Source of the DNA: Octopus sinensis
Taxonomy: Eukaryota
Direction of reading: 5' to 3'
Length of the DNA: 64,000 bases
NCBI RefSeq assembly: GCF_006345805.1
Contig: NC_043012.1
Location: 56,978,001 to 57,042,000 of the forward strand
Shown: positions 51,306 through 62,838 of the stretch, piece after piece
Numbering within the stretch: position 1 is the first letter of the stretch
Layout of the letters: each line of letters starts with the position of its first letter
Position numbers and translations under genes: made by a program
Notes under the pieces: model-generated
The model's database searches: none
Told to the model about the DNA's origin: nothing
The model's input: the letters and a program-made list of their open reading frames with translations, nothing else

Positions 51306-51704
51306 CTAGCAGTATAGCCCAGTGTTGCTTGAGCTAGTTTTCTTTTCGACCCTTTAGAATTGGAATTTTTGAAAAGTAAAAATTTTGCATTATGTAGCTT
51401 GTTATTCTCTTTAAGTGAACATTTTTCTGGTTGAAATACCCCGAAAAATGACGACACAGCAGTCAAATAATCGTAAAAAATAGGGATTTTCATAGAAAAT
51501 ATAGCACCTTTTTGATGTAAACAAGCTTTGGTGTTAACAAGGTCCGATTTGAATTTTTTCTTCCACAGACGGAAGAGCAAGCCTTATTCTATCATACACT
51601 CAATTTTGGTCAACTTGTGCCGCAGGGTCTCGGAGGAGATAGTGTTAGTTGAAGGCTACCAAACCTGCCACACACAGACAACTTCAGCTTTATATATATA
51701 GAGA
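51306..51704 (-). mobile_element. Non-autonomous Helitron
   Basis: On the minus strand: A|TC start (51704), subterminal hairpin gctcaagcaacactgggc and CTAG|T end (51306). Confidence 0.75.
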
Positions 51705-52636
51705 TACACACACACATAAATGTGTGTGTGTTTTTGTATGTACGTTTTTGTATATATTTATACATTTGTGTGTCTAGATAGCTAGCTATCTATAGACACA
51801 CACACACACACACATACACGTATGTATATGTATTCTTTTATTCATTTCAGTTATTTGACTACGTCCATGCTGGAGTACCGTCTTAAGTCGAACAAATCAA
51901 CTCCAGGTCTTATTCCTTGTATGCCTACTACTTATTCTATTGGTCTCTTTTGCCGACTGTTAGGTTATGAGGATGTAAACACACCAACATTGGTTGTCAA
52001 GTGATGGTGGGGGATACAAACACAGACACACACAAATATACACTCGCAGAGATACCCGGCCTTCGTGGGATTAAAATGGCATAGATTTTTATTGTTTTAC
52101 TTGTTTCAGTCATCTGACTGCGGCCATGCTGGAGCACCGCCATTGGTCAAGAAATCAACCACAGGATTTATTCTTTGTAAGCCGAGTACTCATTCTGTCG
52201 GTGTCTTATACCAAACTTATTTCTTTACTACCCACAAGGGGCTAAACACAGAGGGGACAAACAAGGACAGACAAATGGATTAAGTCGATTATATTGACCC
52301 CAGTGCGTAACTGGTACTTATTTAATCAACCCCGAAAGGATGAAAGGCAAAGTCGACCTCGACAGAATTTGAACCCAGAACGTAACGGCAGATGAAATAC
52401 GGCTACGCATTTCGCCCAGTGTGCTAACAACTCTGCCAGCTTGCCGCCTTTGCTAAGTTACAGGAATGTAAACACAGCAACACCAGTTAGCAAGCAATTG
52501 TTGGGCTACAAACACAAAACATGCACACACATACACATATACACGACAGTCTTCTTTCAGTTTCCGAGTACGAAATCCACTTACAAGGTTTTGGTTGACC
52601 TGAGGCTATAATAAGCATATATATATTATATATATA

Positions 52637-53521
52637 GTAGCTGACATACCCCATAATTTCCAGGAAAGCGGGCTTATCCCTTAGTTCTGTTCTCATAATT
52701 GTTTTGCTAATTCAGTAACAACAATACAAAGTATGTAGCCCTTAAAGTATGTAGCCTTGAGAATACCGAACTGTCTTACAAAGGATCTTGTTTTTTGGAA
52801 TTCCCAATAAGTTATGAATACTCAAATTGTGAAGTCAGTTATGTAATAACATGAAATTTATTACCCTATAGTAAGAATTCAAATAATGTAGCCCCGAAAA
52901 GGGCTTTAATATGTTCCCAGAGTATATAGATTTTAGGAGGAAATACTAATAAGGTATGTATACTAAAATCGTGAAACATGTTACGTAATAACAGGCTAAT
53001 CAGATATGAGATAATAAGAATTCAGAGTAATTAACTGTGAAAAAATGCTTTTGTGCGTTCCCAGAGAATATTCCCCTCAGCAGCGCTAGTGTTGCTATAT
53101 TTGTGAATAAGTCACTAACCGAAATAAGTGGATCTATTGTTTAGGAGAATACTATTTACTTGTTTAAGTGTTGTCTTGGATAAAGTGAGAAAATAACTAA
53201 AACACTTCAAATACTAAGAAATAAGCATAATGAAAATGAATGGGTTATTTCCCTTGATGGTTATTTCCAGGGGGGAATGGGTTATTTCCCTTGGAAGCTT
53301 AAAATAATTACTCACACCGTTCACTCATGCCCAAATGTTATTCCTCTTGCTGTTTACCCGAACATTTTTTCGAAATCAATTAATACTTAAAACCTCCCCA
53401 GATACATAAGGAATGTACGTTTGAAGTTTAAGAAAAATTGGTCAAGCCATTTTGATGCATAAACGAGAACATACCGATACACACACACACGCACAAACAC
53501 TTTCAGTTTTAATATATAAGA
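52637..53521 (-). mobile_element. Non-autonomous Helitron, second family, 3' end mutated
   Basis: A|TCTTATATATT start at 53521, (GT)n near the 5' end, degenerate hairpin plus CTAC at 52637. Confidence 0.5.
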
Positions 53522-54715
53522 TTACAGGCTTCTTTCAGTTTCTGTCTACCAAATCCACCCACAAGGTTTTAGTTGTCCCAAGGCTGTAATAGAAGACACT
53601 CGCCCATGATGCCACGCAGTGAGACTGAACCTGGAACCATGTGGTTGGGAAGCAGGCTTCTTACCACACAGCCATGCTGTGACTTACATATATATGTGTG
53701 GATATATGTACACATATATACAAAAAAGATGTATGCATATGAATTTATGTATGTATGTGTATATGAAATATAATGAGTGTATGTGTGTGCTTGCGTGACC
53801 AACTAGAAGTACATAGAACTGAATAAGGCATGCAAAAAGTAAATAAAAAAAATTTTGTACGTAAATTAATGAACAATCAAATTTTGACAGTTCTGAGGGA
53901 TATACCGAAAGAATGTCCGTTTAACTTTTATATTTTTCTTTGTTTCAGTTATTAAGACTGTGGCCATGCTGGGACATCGTCTTGAAGAATGTTTTTACTT
54001 GTATGAATTGATCCCAGAACTATTTTCTTTTTTCTTTATGTCTGGAACTTATTCATTAGTTTCTTTAGCCAAACCGCTAAGTTACAGAGATGAAAACACC
54101 AACACTGGTTGTCAAATGGTGGCGGGGGGGGGGACAAACACTGACACACACACACACACCTGACAGGCTTCTTCTAGTTTCCATCTACCAAATCCACTCA
54201 CAGGGCTTTGGTCGGTCCAAGGCTCTCGTAGATAATGCATACCCAAGGTGCCATGCAGTGGGACTGAACCCGAAACTATGTGGTTGGGAAGCAAGCTTCC
54301 TACCACACAGTCCTCTTACAATGAATAGATATGTAGCAGACTCTCTCTCTCTCTCTCTCTCTGTTATATATACATGAGTACGGACGTAGTAGATAACAGC
54401 TAGCCTTTGGCCGCTGTTTTGCACCCTGTTGTGTCCACTACTTTGATTGGTTGGTATTGGCGCACTTTTGTCTCTTGCTCTGTTACACACCAATGTGCAA
54501 CCCAACCAATCGAAGCCTTCTATCAACCGTGTAGTGTACTAAAGGGGTCTTTCTCGTCACCTCTCCTTCGCATGGTCGTTTACAGATAATACAGCTGACA
54601 TCCTGTCTGACATGTACGGGACTTAAATAGGAAGATCGCATCGGTTTTATTTAAGTTCTATCTTTATGCCATCTTTATTACCTCTGGCATTTTAAAAGCT
54701 TTATATAATACAAAG

Positions 54716-54747
<32 letters not shown>

Positions 54748-55765
54748 GTATGTGAATTCGAAACGTCTGTGAGAGAGTGTGCATGTGAGAGGAAGAGAGT
54801 AAAAGTGAGAGGAAATGTGTGTGTGTGAGGCAGAGAGAAAGAGAGAGAGAGAGAGAAATGGGGAGAATGTGTGTGTGTGTGAGTGTGTGTTTGAAGGCGC
54901 GGAAGAGACAGATTGAATGCGTTTATGTATGAAAGAGAAAGAGAAGTATTTCAGTGAAAACGAAGCAGCTCCTTAGAAGTTGCTCAATTTGCACGAAATA
55001 GCAGCCAATTCTTTTGAAATCTCATCCTACCGTCTTAAATAAAGAAATACACGCAGGACTATGTTATCCTGTATATATGAAAAGGCGCATGCATGGAGCA
55101 GGTTTGATCATAGGTGTCGCTCGATCAGTGTTGTCATGGAGTTGAGAGAATATAAACAGATGAAAAGCAACTGAGAAATTATAGGCACAAATCAATTAGA
55201 TAAGAAAAACAGTGATTTGGTCACTCGACAACAGTTATCGCAGTTCAATAAAAACACATTTTAACAACTTCCTATAGCAAAGAAAATGTAATTTCACTGA
55301 CCCGAAAGAGTTAAATATGTAAGGGAAAAAAAGGATAAAGAAAGGTTGAAAATCAATGAAAATGGATTAATTTGGGGGGAAACCGTTGAATAAAACAAAA
55401 CGATTTATCATAGTCGAAGTAGATATCTAACAATTTTTTATGTATTTATCGAAGTTAAAGTAGATATCTAACAACTTCTTGAGGCAAAAGAGGCGTGACT
55501 GTGTGGTAAAAAGCTTGCTTTCCAATCACATTGTCACGGATTCGGTTCAACTGCGTAGCACCTTGGACAGGTGTTTTGCACTGTAGCCTTCGACCTACCA
55601 AAGCCTTCTGAGTTTGTTTTTTTAGAATGGAGGATATGAGGAGTGGGTACTATTTAAAAAGAGTGGTCCCGGTGCGCGCACTCGTGTACTCGCGCAACAG
55701 CGCTAGCTAGTCGTGACTAGTCGATCCTAAAACGACTACCTAGCAAAGTAAATAAAACACAAAAT

Positions 55766-55912
55766 AGGAGTGGCTGTGTGGTAAGTAGCTTGCTAACCAA
55801 CCACATGGTTCCGGGTTCAGTCCCACTGCGTGGCATGTTGGGCAAGTGTCTTCTGCTATAGCCCCGGGCCTTGTGAGTGGATTTGGTAGACGGAAACTGA
55901 AAGAAGCCTGTC

Positions 55913-55967
<55 letters not shown>

Positions 55968-56201
55968 GTGTGTGTGTATATGTTTGTGTGTTTCTGTTTG
56001 TCCCCCTAGCATTGCTTGACAACCGATGCTGGTGTGTTTACGTCCCCGTTACTTAGCGGTTCGGCAAAACAGACCGATAGAATAAGTACTAGGCTTACAA
56101 TGAATAAGTCCCGGGGTAGAATTGCTCGACTAAAGGCGGTGCTCCAGCATGGCGGCAGTCAAATAACTGAAACAAGTAGAAGAGTAAAAAGAGTAAGAGT
56201 A
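55766..56201 (+). mobile_element. Near full-length family-B SINE
   Basis: As above. Internal (TA)n expansion. Confidence 0.88.
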
Positions 56202-57812
56202 TATGTGAAGCGAGTGTCCTACTCATCTCTTTCCAAAAGCATAAAAGTCCGTACGTTTTACGCATGCGTAGATTTCACCTGAAACAGCAGACGACAAAAT
56301 ATGAAGCCCTCACCAGAAAACTCGATATGCTAGAAATAACAGCTAAACGTCCGAAAAATATCTTTTCCTCAGCTTAACGCCCTTTTTTCTTTCTTTTTTT
56401 CTTTTCTCTAAATCTTAACTCTCCGTATCTATTTGAATCTTGTTGCCATGCTACAAATTATCTTCGTGTTGTGTTTATAAAGAAATAGTAAATAATTCGT
56501 ACCGAAAATTTTGTTAAATATGCGTATTTGTATCAAGTTGAACTGCAACGAACCTGTGTGTGCTGCTACAGCCAATGCCACCATATTTCAAGCAGGGGTA
56601 TTAGAAAAGTTTTCCATTACAATTTGTGATTAAATTAATAAGTAAGATTAATATTTATAATGAATTTGCCATTTTCGATGGGTGTGCACCGCACACCAAG
56701 CACATCCAGAATATACGCCCAGCGTGTGTGTGTGTTTCCTAAGAAAATTTGAAATGAAAAATTCTTTTTGGATCTTTTCTTCTTGATGGACGGAATTTTC
56801 TAGTTAACTAAAAAATTTGAAACTTCGTATACTAGTAGAATGTGTCAAAAGAAAACATTATTGGATCCTTTTTTTTTTCCATATTCATAATCACCGTATG
56901 TTTCCAGGAGGATTAACCAGAAAAAAATATGTTTTAAAACTGAAAAATTTTAAAATTGGGGTGGAGAAGGGGGGGGGGTTTAAAATTTTGAAAACGTGTT
57001 TTTATTTAAGCAAAGTCGCTCGTAATCTCCGATTTCGAAAACGTAGGAATCCAAAGAAAGTTATGAAAAATAAATAAAAAAAAGCTTGCACTTTACCCCC
57101 ACCAAGAAACCGATAAAATATGTGCTAGGTTTTAAAAATATGTCCTGGGGTCGATTTGTTCGACTAAAACACATCAAGGCGGTGCTCCAGCATGACCGCA
57201 GTCAAATGCCTGAAACAAGTAAAAGATAAAAGGTACCCATCACACAAGTGCGTCTCCCACCCGACATCGACGGAAGCTGTATAGTGACCAAAATTACTTT
57301 GTCGATTCATTCGACTAAGATTCCTTAAGGCGGTGCCCCAGCATGACCGCAATCAAATCACTGGAACAAATAAATGATAAAAGAAAGGTAACAACTGGCC
57401 CCATGGCAAAATAACGGGTTAACATGCAGTTTACAGATGAAAAAAGAAAATAGTGTCAATATAAAAGTGAAAGCGAATTGCAATGAAAATTAGAGGCGTC
57501 AATATCGCCATCCTATAATTTCAAGTGGAAAATATATTTTCGTAGACAAGGGCGGAAAATAAGTCCGAATTTAAAAATTAAAAAGCATTTCCCAAATAAT
57601 GAATATAAATCATTTATAGAGAAAATAAATATTGATTATGTCACTTGTCAATGATGATCGAAGTCCAATATAGATGTTTTAGCAACTTTTTACAGAAAAG
57701 TAAAAGCAATATCACCAACTTCGAGGAAATAGATTTCAAAAAGGGGTAAAAATACGTTTAAAAGCAATAGAAAAACTAATGAGCACAAACCAATTATAAG
57801 AAAAGACAGTTG

Positions 57813-59057
57813 GGTACTTGTCTATTGTCGTGGTCCCGGTTTCTCACACGCGAATTCGCGCGCGCGCCAGACACAGGGACTCGATACTCGAGATCCTACG
57901 AGGTGACTTGCGCATGCGCAGTGCAGAATTCGCGCATGCGCGTTACCCCCCCCCTAAAAAAAAAAGGTGTTGGATTTCACTAAAAATATATGTGTGTGTG
58001 TGTGTGTGTGTATATAACATTTTCAATTTTACACAAAAAAATTACATAGTCGCTTTCCTCGCGGATTTACAGATAAATGAATTAATTACTATTTTACAGA
58101 ATAAAATTAATGAATTAATTATATAAATTAAATAATTCTTGAAAATTAATTAATATTAATAATATTTTTTGAACAAAGTAAATAATTTATAAAACTTGGT
58201 TAATAATTTTTTTTACACAAACGCGAACGTATATAATTTGTGAAACTTTTTTTTTTTTACAGACGTATATAATTTGGTAAACTTAATGAATTAATTTCTT
58301 CTCATCATCATCATCGTTTAACGTCCGTTCTCCATGCCAGCATGGGTTGGACGGTTCGACCGGGGATCTGGGAAGCCAGAAGGCTGCACCAGACTCCAGT
58401 CTTATCTGGCAATGTTTCTACAGCTGGATGCCCTTCCTAACGCCAACCACTCCGAGAGTGTAGTGGGTGCTTTTTACATGCCACCCGCACAGGTGCCAGG
58501 AGACTGGCAACGGCCACGGTCGGATTGGTGCCAGTCGAGGCGGCTCTGGCATCGGCCACGATTCGGATAGTGCTTTTTACGTACCACCAGTCCAGGGGTC
58601 CTGGCATTTGCCGGGTGCCACACTTGCCCCAACATGTCTTCGCAAGCAAAGGGGGTTGGCGTGGGTGCCTGTCGTGGGATGAGGTTCGATATCAACTTCG
58701 CTTGCCTCAACAGGTCTTTGTGTATAAATGTATAAATTTTTCGCACTAAATTCTTTCCGTAGAATTTATCAAAAAACGCGCAAAATTATTCCGTAGAATT
58801 TATCAAATTAAAAAACGCAAAATTAATATAATTTTTGAAATTGCAAATTATTTAGAATATAAAACAAATGAAGTTAAATTTTAAAAATAAATGTCATATA
58901 CTTATACTCTGTAAGGTGCTGTGTTCACACTTCAATTTACTATTTTCTAGAAATGTTGCTTTTCTAATTGAAACAATTTTTCTCAATCTCCATTTAAAAG
59001 TCCATAATGCCTCTTGACCATTATGAGAAACCGGGACCACGACAATAGACAAGTACC
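57813..59057. mobile_element. Merlin-like non-autonomous DNA transposon (1245 bp including a nested insertion)
   Basis: Perfect 34-bp TIR GGTACTTGTCTATTGTCGTGGTCCCGGTTTCTCA (57813-57846 / 59024-59057). 8-bp flanks GACAGTTG / GACCGTTG. A GG start with 8-bp TSD fits Merlin. Confidence 0.75.
58305..58715 (-). mobile_element. RTE-X-like 3' UTR copy nested in the Merlin-like element
   Basis: Same UTR family as 4830-5172. Confidence 0.75.
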
Positions 59058-59715
59058 GACCGTTGTTTAGATTAAGTCATTTGTCAATTATCACGGTCCA
59101 TGAAGAAGCTTTAAAATTATCGCAGTAAGTTGTTACTTACCTGTTGAGAGAAATAAAAGGTGAAATATGTCTCGTTGATAAGTTTAAAGTTTATAATTCA
59201 AGAGGATAAAATAAACAACGAGTATATATCCGGGTTTCTTTTCTGCCAAAAGAAATTGTACGAAACGGAACTGCGTATATATGAAGTGGAAAGTAATCTT
59301 ACAGATTGGTTGAATATCTTAATAGCTTAGAAGTTCTGTTCTCCACGTAAAATGCATCAACAGAAAAGTACGAGCAACCCGGTTAAGCAAGAAACGTAAA
59401 TTTATTAATAAAACAAATTTTAAGTATAATACCAAAGCAGATGATGAACCAGATTATATAATGGTGCGCCACCAACAACAAATTAGACGGAGAAGGGGAG
59501 GACGAAGAGAGAGAGAGAGAAAGAGAGAGGAGGCGTGGGAGAGGCCAGCAACGCCCATCAATGCATTTATATTGACAATTACGAAAACCTCTTTCTACAA
59601 CCACTTGGGACCTCTTGGTGTTCAATTGATATTTTTCTTACTTTTTATTTCCTTTTTTCTCCTCTTCGCTCCTGTTTGTGTTCGGTTTGGATTTGTATTT
59701 TAATGTGGTTTTATG

Positions 59716-59778
<63 letters not shown>

Positions 59779-60446
59779 TAACGTGAAATACACGAAGAGA
59801 CGAACAAAAAGACAAATAAGTCATTCAAGCCTTTATTCTTCAGTCAGAAACTGATCCCTCATCGCAGATTTCGGCTGTTTAATTCTGAGATCCGCTCTGA
59901 ATCAGCCAGCCACAGAAGGAAAGAATGAAACGCAACAGAGACGAACAGGAAACAAAAAAATCTTTTTTGGGGACAGTAACGATTGAAAACATGAATGACA
60001 CAGGCGCCCTACGGCTTTGAGACAAACAGAGAGACACAAAAATAATAATAATATGTATATATATATATTCCTCTTTATATATATAGTGATATACTACAAT
60101 AAACATATTTCGATTGGAAAAACAACAAAAAATGAGGAATGTAAAAACTAATTGCGAAACGAAATAGTTTCATTTGGTGTAAACGGATGCAATATGTATC
60201 CTTGTGTAAATAATATTATCATAGTTAAACCAAGCTCTGAATAAGCCAAAGATTTGGTGTTGGTGTTGATAGCTAATCGTATATCTCTTGTGTGCCATGT
60301 TTGTCATTGTAGATTCTGTGATCAAATCCTGGAGGGGGTTTCCTCAATGCAAGGGGTCTATCCTGCATACATTGTAACGTATAGTCTGTTATTCAATTAC
60401 TTTGTAACGTGAAAGGATCTATCATCGAAGCACTGGCAGGGTGTCG

Positions 60447-62369
60447 ATGATAGATCCTTTCACGTTACAATTGGTGACCCTCTCTGTTGAGGCAGTGACA
60501 GCCTTTGAGTCCATTAAGAAGGAGCTGGCTTCTGTTTCTTTGCTTGCACATCCAGTTCCTGGTGCTTCTCTCTCTTTGACTGTGGACGCATCGGACACTG
60601 CGATTGGCGCTGTGTTACAACACACAGTGGATGACCATGTTCGACCTCTAGCCTTCTTTTCCCGTCAACTGCAACCAGCTGAACGACGATACAGCACCTT
60701 TGATCGTGAGCTCCTAGCGATCTACCTATCGGTTCGTCATTTCCAGCATCAACTTGAAGGGCGAGATTTTGTGATCTATACGGATCACAAGCCCCTTACG
60801 TTTGCCCTGTTTTCAAAAACGGACAAACTCTCACCCCGTGCTTTTCGGCACCTGGATTTTATCTCTCAATTTACTAGCAACATTCGACACATACCTGGAA
60901 AAGAGAACGTTCCTGCTGACGCTCTCTCTCGCCTTCCAGTTTGCGCCCTTTCGTCTCCTGCTGCTATCGACTTAGCTGCCATATCGCAGGAGCAGCCACC
61001 TTTGGCGTCGTTAGATTTAACTTCTCCCAAGTTCTCCTGTTGCCAGTTTTCCTACCTTCCGCTTCCGTCAGCCGAAGGCACCATTCTTTGTGACACTTCA
61101 ACTGGATCTCCCAGGCCACTGGTGCCTGAGACCCATCAACGCTCAGTGTTTGAAGCACTGCACTCCTTATCACATCCTGGCATCGCTGCCACCCTCAAAC
61201 TAATCACTGCTCGGTTTTTCTGGCCGAATATGCGTCGCACAATTACTTGTTGGACACGCACCTGCTCCAAGTGTCAACGATCCAAGATTCAACGGCACGT
61301 TCGTGCCCCGCTTGGACAATTTCCCCCCACGGAGGCCCGTTTTCGCCATGTCCACATCGATCTGGTTGGACCATGGCCTGTGAGTCGCGGGTTCTCTTAT
61401 CTATTAACTTGTGTCGATCGTTTCTCCCGCTGGCCAGAAGCCATTCCGATAGCAGACATTTCTGCTGAGACTGTTGCGCGAGCTTTCGTTTCAAACTGGA
61501 TTTCTCGCTTCGGAGTCCCGTCCCGATTGACAACTGATCGTGGACGACAGTTTGAGGCCTCGCTATTTCGCGAATTGTCGCGAATTTTGGGTATGCACCA
61601 TATCCACACCACAAGCTACCATCCAGCGTCTAATGGATTGGTTGAGCGGTTCCATAGACAGCTCAAGGCCGCTCTTCGTGCCTCTTCGGACCCACAGTCC
61701 TGGATCGAATTTCTGCCCATTGTGCTTCTCGGCTGTCGGACTGCTGTCAAGGCAGACCTGGGGTTTTCTGCTGCAGAGCTGCTGTATGGTACCACACTGG
61801 CATTGCCCGGTACGATGTTGGTGCCAGACACTTCCCCGCCCCATGATCCGGCGACCTATGTCACCAGACTGCGGGAATATTTTTCAAACCTTCCGCCCAT
61901 GCTTCCCAGAAAGCAATCTCCACCGTCCCATCTTCCACCGGATATGAACACCTGGTCGCATGTTTTTGTTCGGGACGATTCTGTGAAGGGCCCACTTGTT
62001 TCTCCCTATAAAGGACCTTTTCGTGTGCTTTCTCGCACACCAAAGGTTTTCACGATTGAGATAAATGATCGTTCGGAGACCGTTTCCGTGGACCGTTTAA
62101 AAAAGGCACATTTTGAGACGTCTTCATCTTTTGATGACAACCTTGACACACCCACCTATGCACCTTTAACAACACTTTCACCTGCACAAACGCCTTCACC
62201 TGCACAAACGCCTTCACCTGCACAAACGCCTTCACCTGCACAAACACCTTCACCGGCTCCTACAACACCACCCTCGCCGTCAACGGGTGCCCCGAGCACA
62301 CCGTATGTTACAAAATCGGGCAGAACAGTGCATTGGCCCAAGAAACTTTCAAAAACAATTTACATTTAA
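60447..62369 (+). CDS. Gypsy RT-connection/RNase H/integrase ORF, 640 aa, no RT domain
   Basis: RNase H DASD, RELLA, TDHKPL, ADALSR. Zinc finger HSLSHPG...CSKC. HIDLVGP, TTDRG, NGLVER with D(35)E spacing. GPF motif. Uninterrupted. The first eight codons from the ATG come from the terminal hairpin. Confidence 0.9.
   Translation: MIDPFTLQLVTLSVEAVTAFESIKKELASVSLLAHPVPGASLSLTVDASDTAIGAVLQHTVDDHVRPLAFFSRQLQPAERRYSTFDRELLAIYLSVRHFQHQLEGRDFVIYTDHKPLTFALFSKTDKLSPRAFRHLDFISQFTSNIRHIPGKENVPADALSRLPVCALSSPAAIDLAAISQEQPPLASLDLTSPKFSCCQFSYLPLPSAEGTILCDTSTGSPRPLVPETHQRSVFEALHSLSHPGIAATLKLITARFFWPNMRRTITCWTRTCSKCQRSKIQRHVRAPLGQFPPTEARFRHVHIDLVGPWPVSRGFSYLLTCVDRFSRWPEAIPIADISAETVARAFVSNWISRFGVPSRLTTDRGRQFEASLFRELSRILGMHHIHTTSYHPASNGLVERFHRQLKAALRASSDPQSWIEFLPIVLLGCRTAVKADLGFSAAELLYGTTLALPGTMLVPDTSPPHDPATYVTRLREYFSNLPPMLPRKQSPPSHLPPDMNTWSHVFVRDDSVKGPLVSPYKGPFRVLSRTPKVFTIEINDRSETVSVDRLKKAHFETSSSFDDNLDTPTYAPLTTLSPAQTPSPAQTPSPAQTPSPAQTPSPAPTTPPSPSTGAPSTPYVTKSGRTVHWPKKLSKTIYI
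62177..62254 (+). repeat. 18-bp coding tandem repeat x4 (SPAQTP)
   Basis: ttcacctgcacaaacgcc repeated in frame. Confidence 0.95.
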
Positions 62370-62494
62370 CTTTAAAATGTTTCTTATTGTATAATAGTAT
62401 GTACCAAGTCTTCTGGGGGATCGGCAAGCCTTCTGTTTTCTGCAGCACCACCACAATATTCTGGTTGCCGTACTTCGCACTCGGAGGGGAGCCC

Positions 62495-62838
62495 TGTAGT
62501 GATGCTACAGTGTAGGGTTCGGCGCGCATGCGCAGAATGGGACTACTTCCGGGTGGCCACCGGAAGTCTTCCCCATGCGCATGTGCGGGAAAACATCTCT
62601 CGAGCCCGCGAACCTCAAATCGCTCTCTTCGGCTCAAGACAGCACTGCGATCGGTCACGGTTTTCCTGGCTCTGACAGCCACACACCAACTTCAACCAAC
62701 TTCAACCAACCTCAACGACCAACACCAGCAGTATATCAGAGGCTGTCTATTCCCCCATCAGACAACGTACAACCATGAATCAATAAACCAAGTTGTCTGT
62801 TCACCTTTAACCTGAGTTTCGTCTGTTTGTTTTCTACA
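62495..62838 (+). mobile_element. 3' LTR of the second Gypsy element (344 bp)
   Basis: PPT ggaggggag just upstream. TGTAG...CTACA ends and an internal AATAAA. Confidence 0.85.

Noticed and set aside
54440-54520. Pre-miRNA-like hairpin
   Set aside because: Only about 14 contiguous pairs with a large loop, which is expected in repeat-rich DNA.
60403-60447. Sequencing adapter as the source of the inverted repeat
   Set aside because: It matches no adapter I know, and a matching 4-bp duplication with TGT/ACA ends argues for a real insertion. A UniVec search would settle it.
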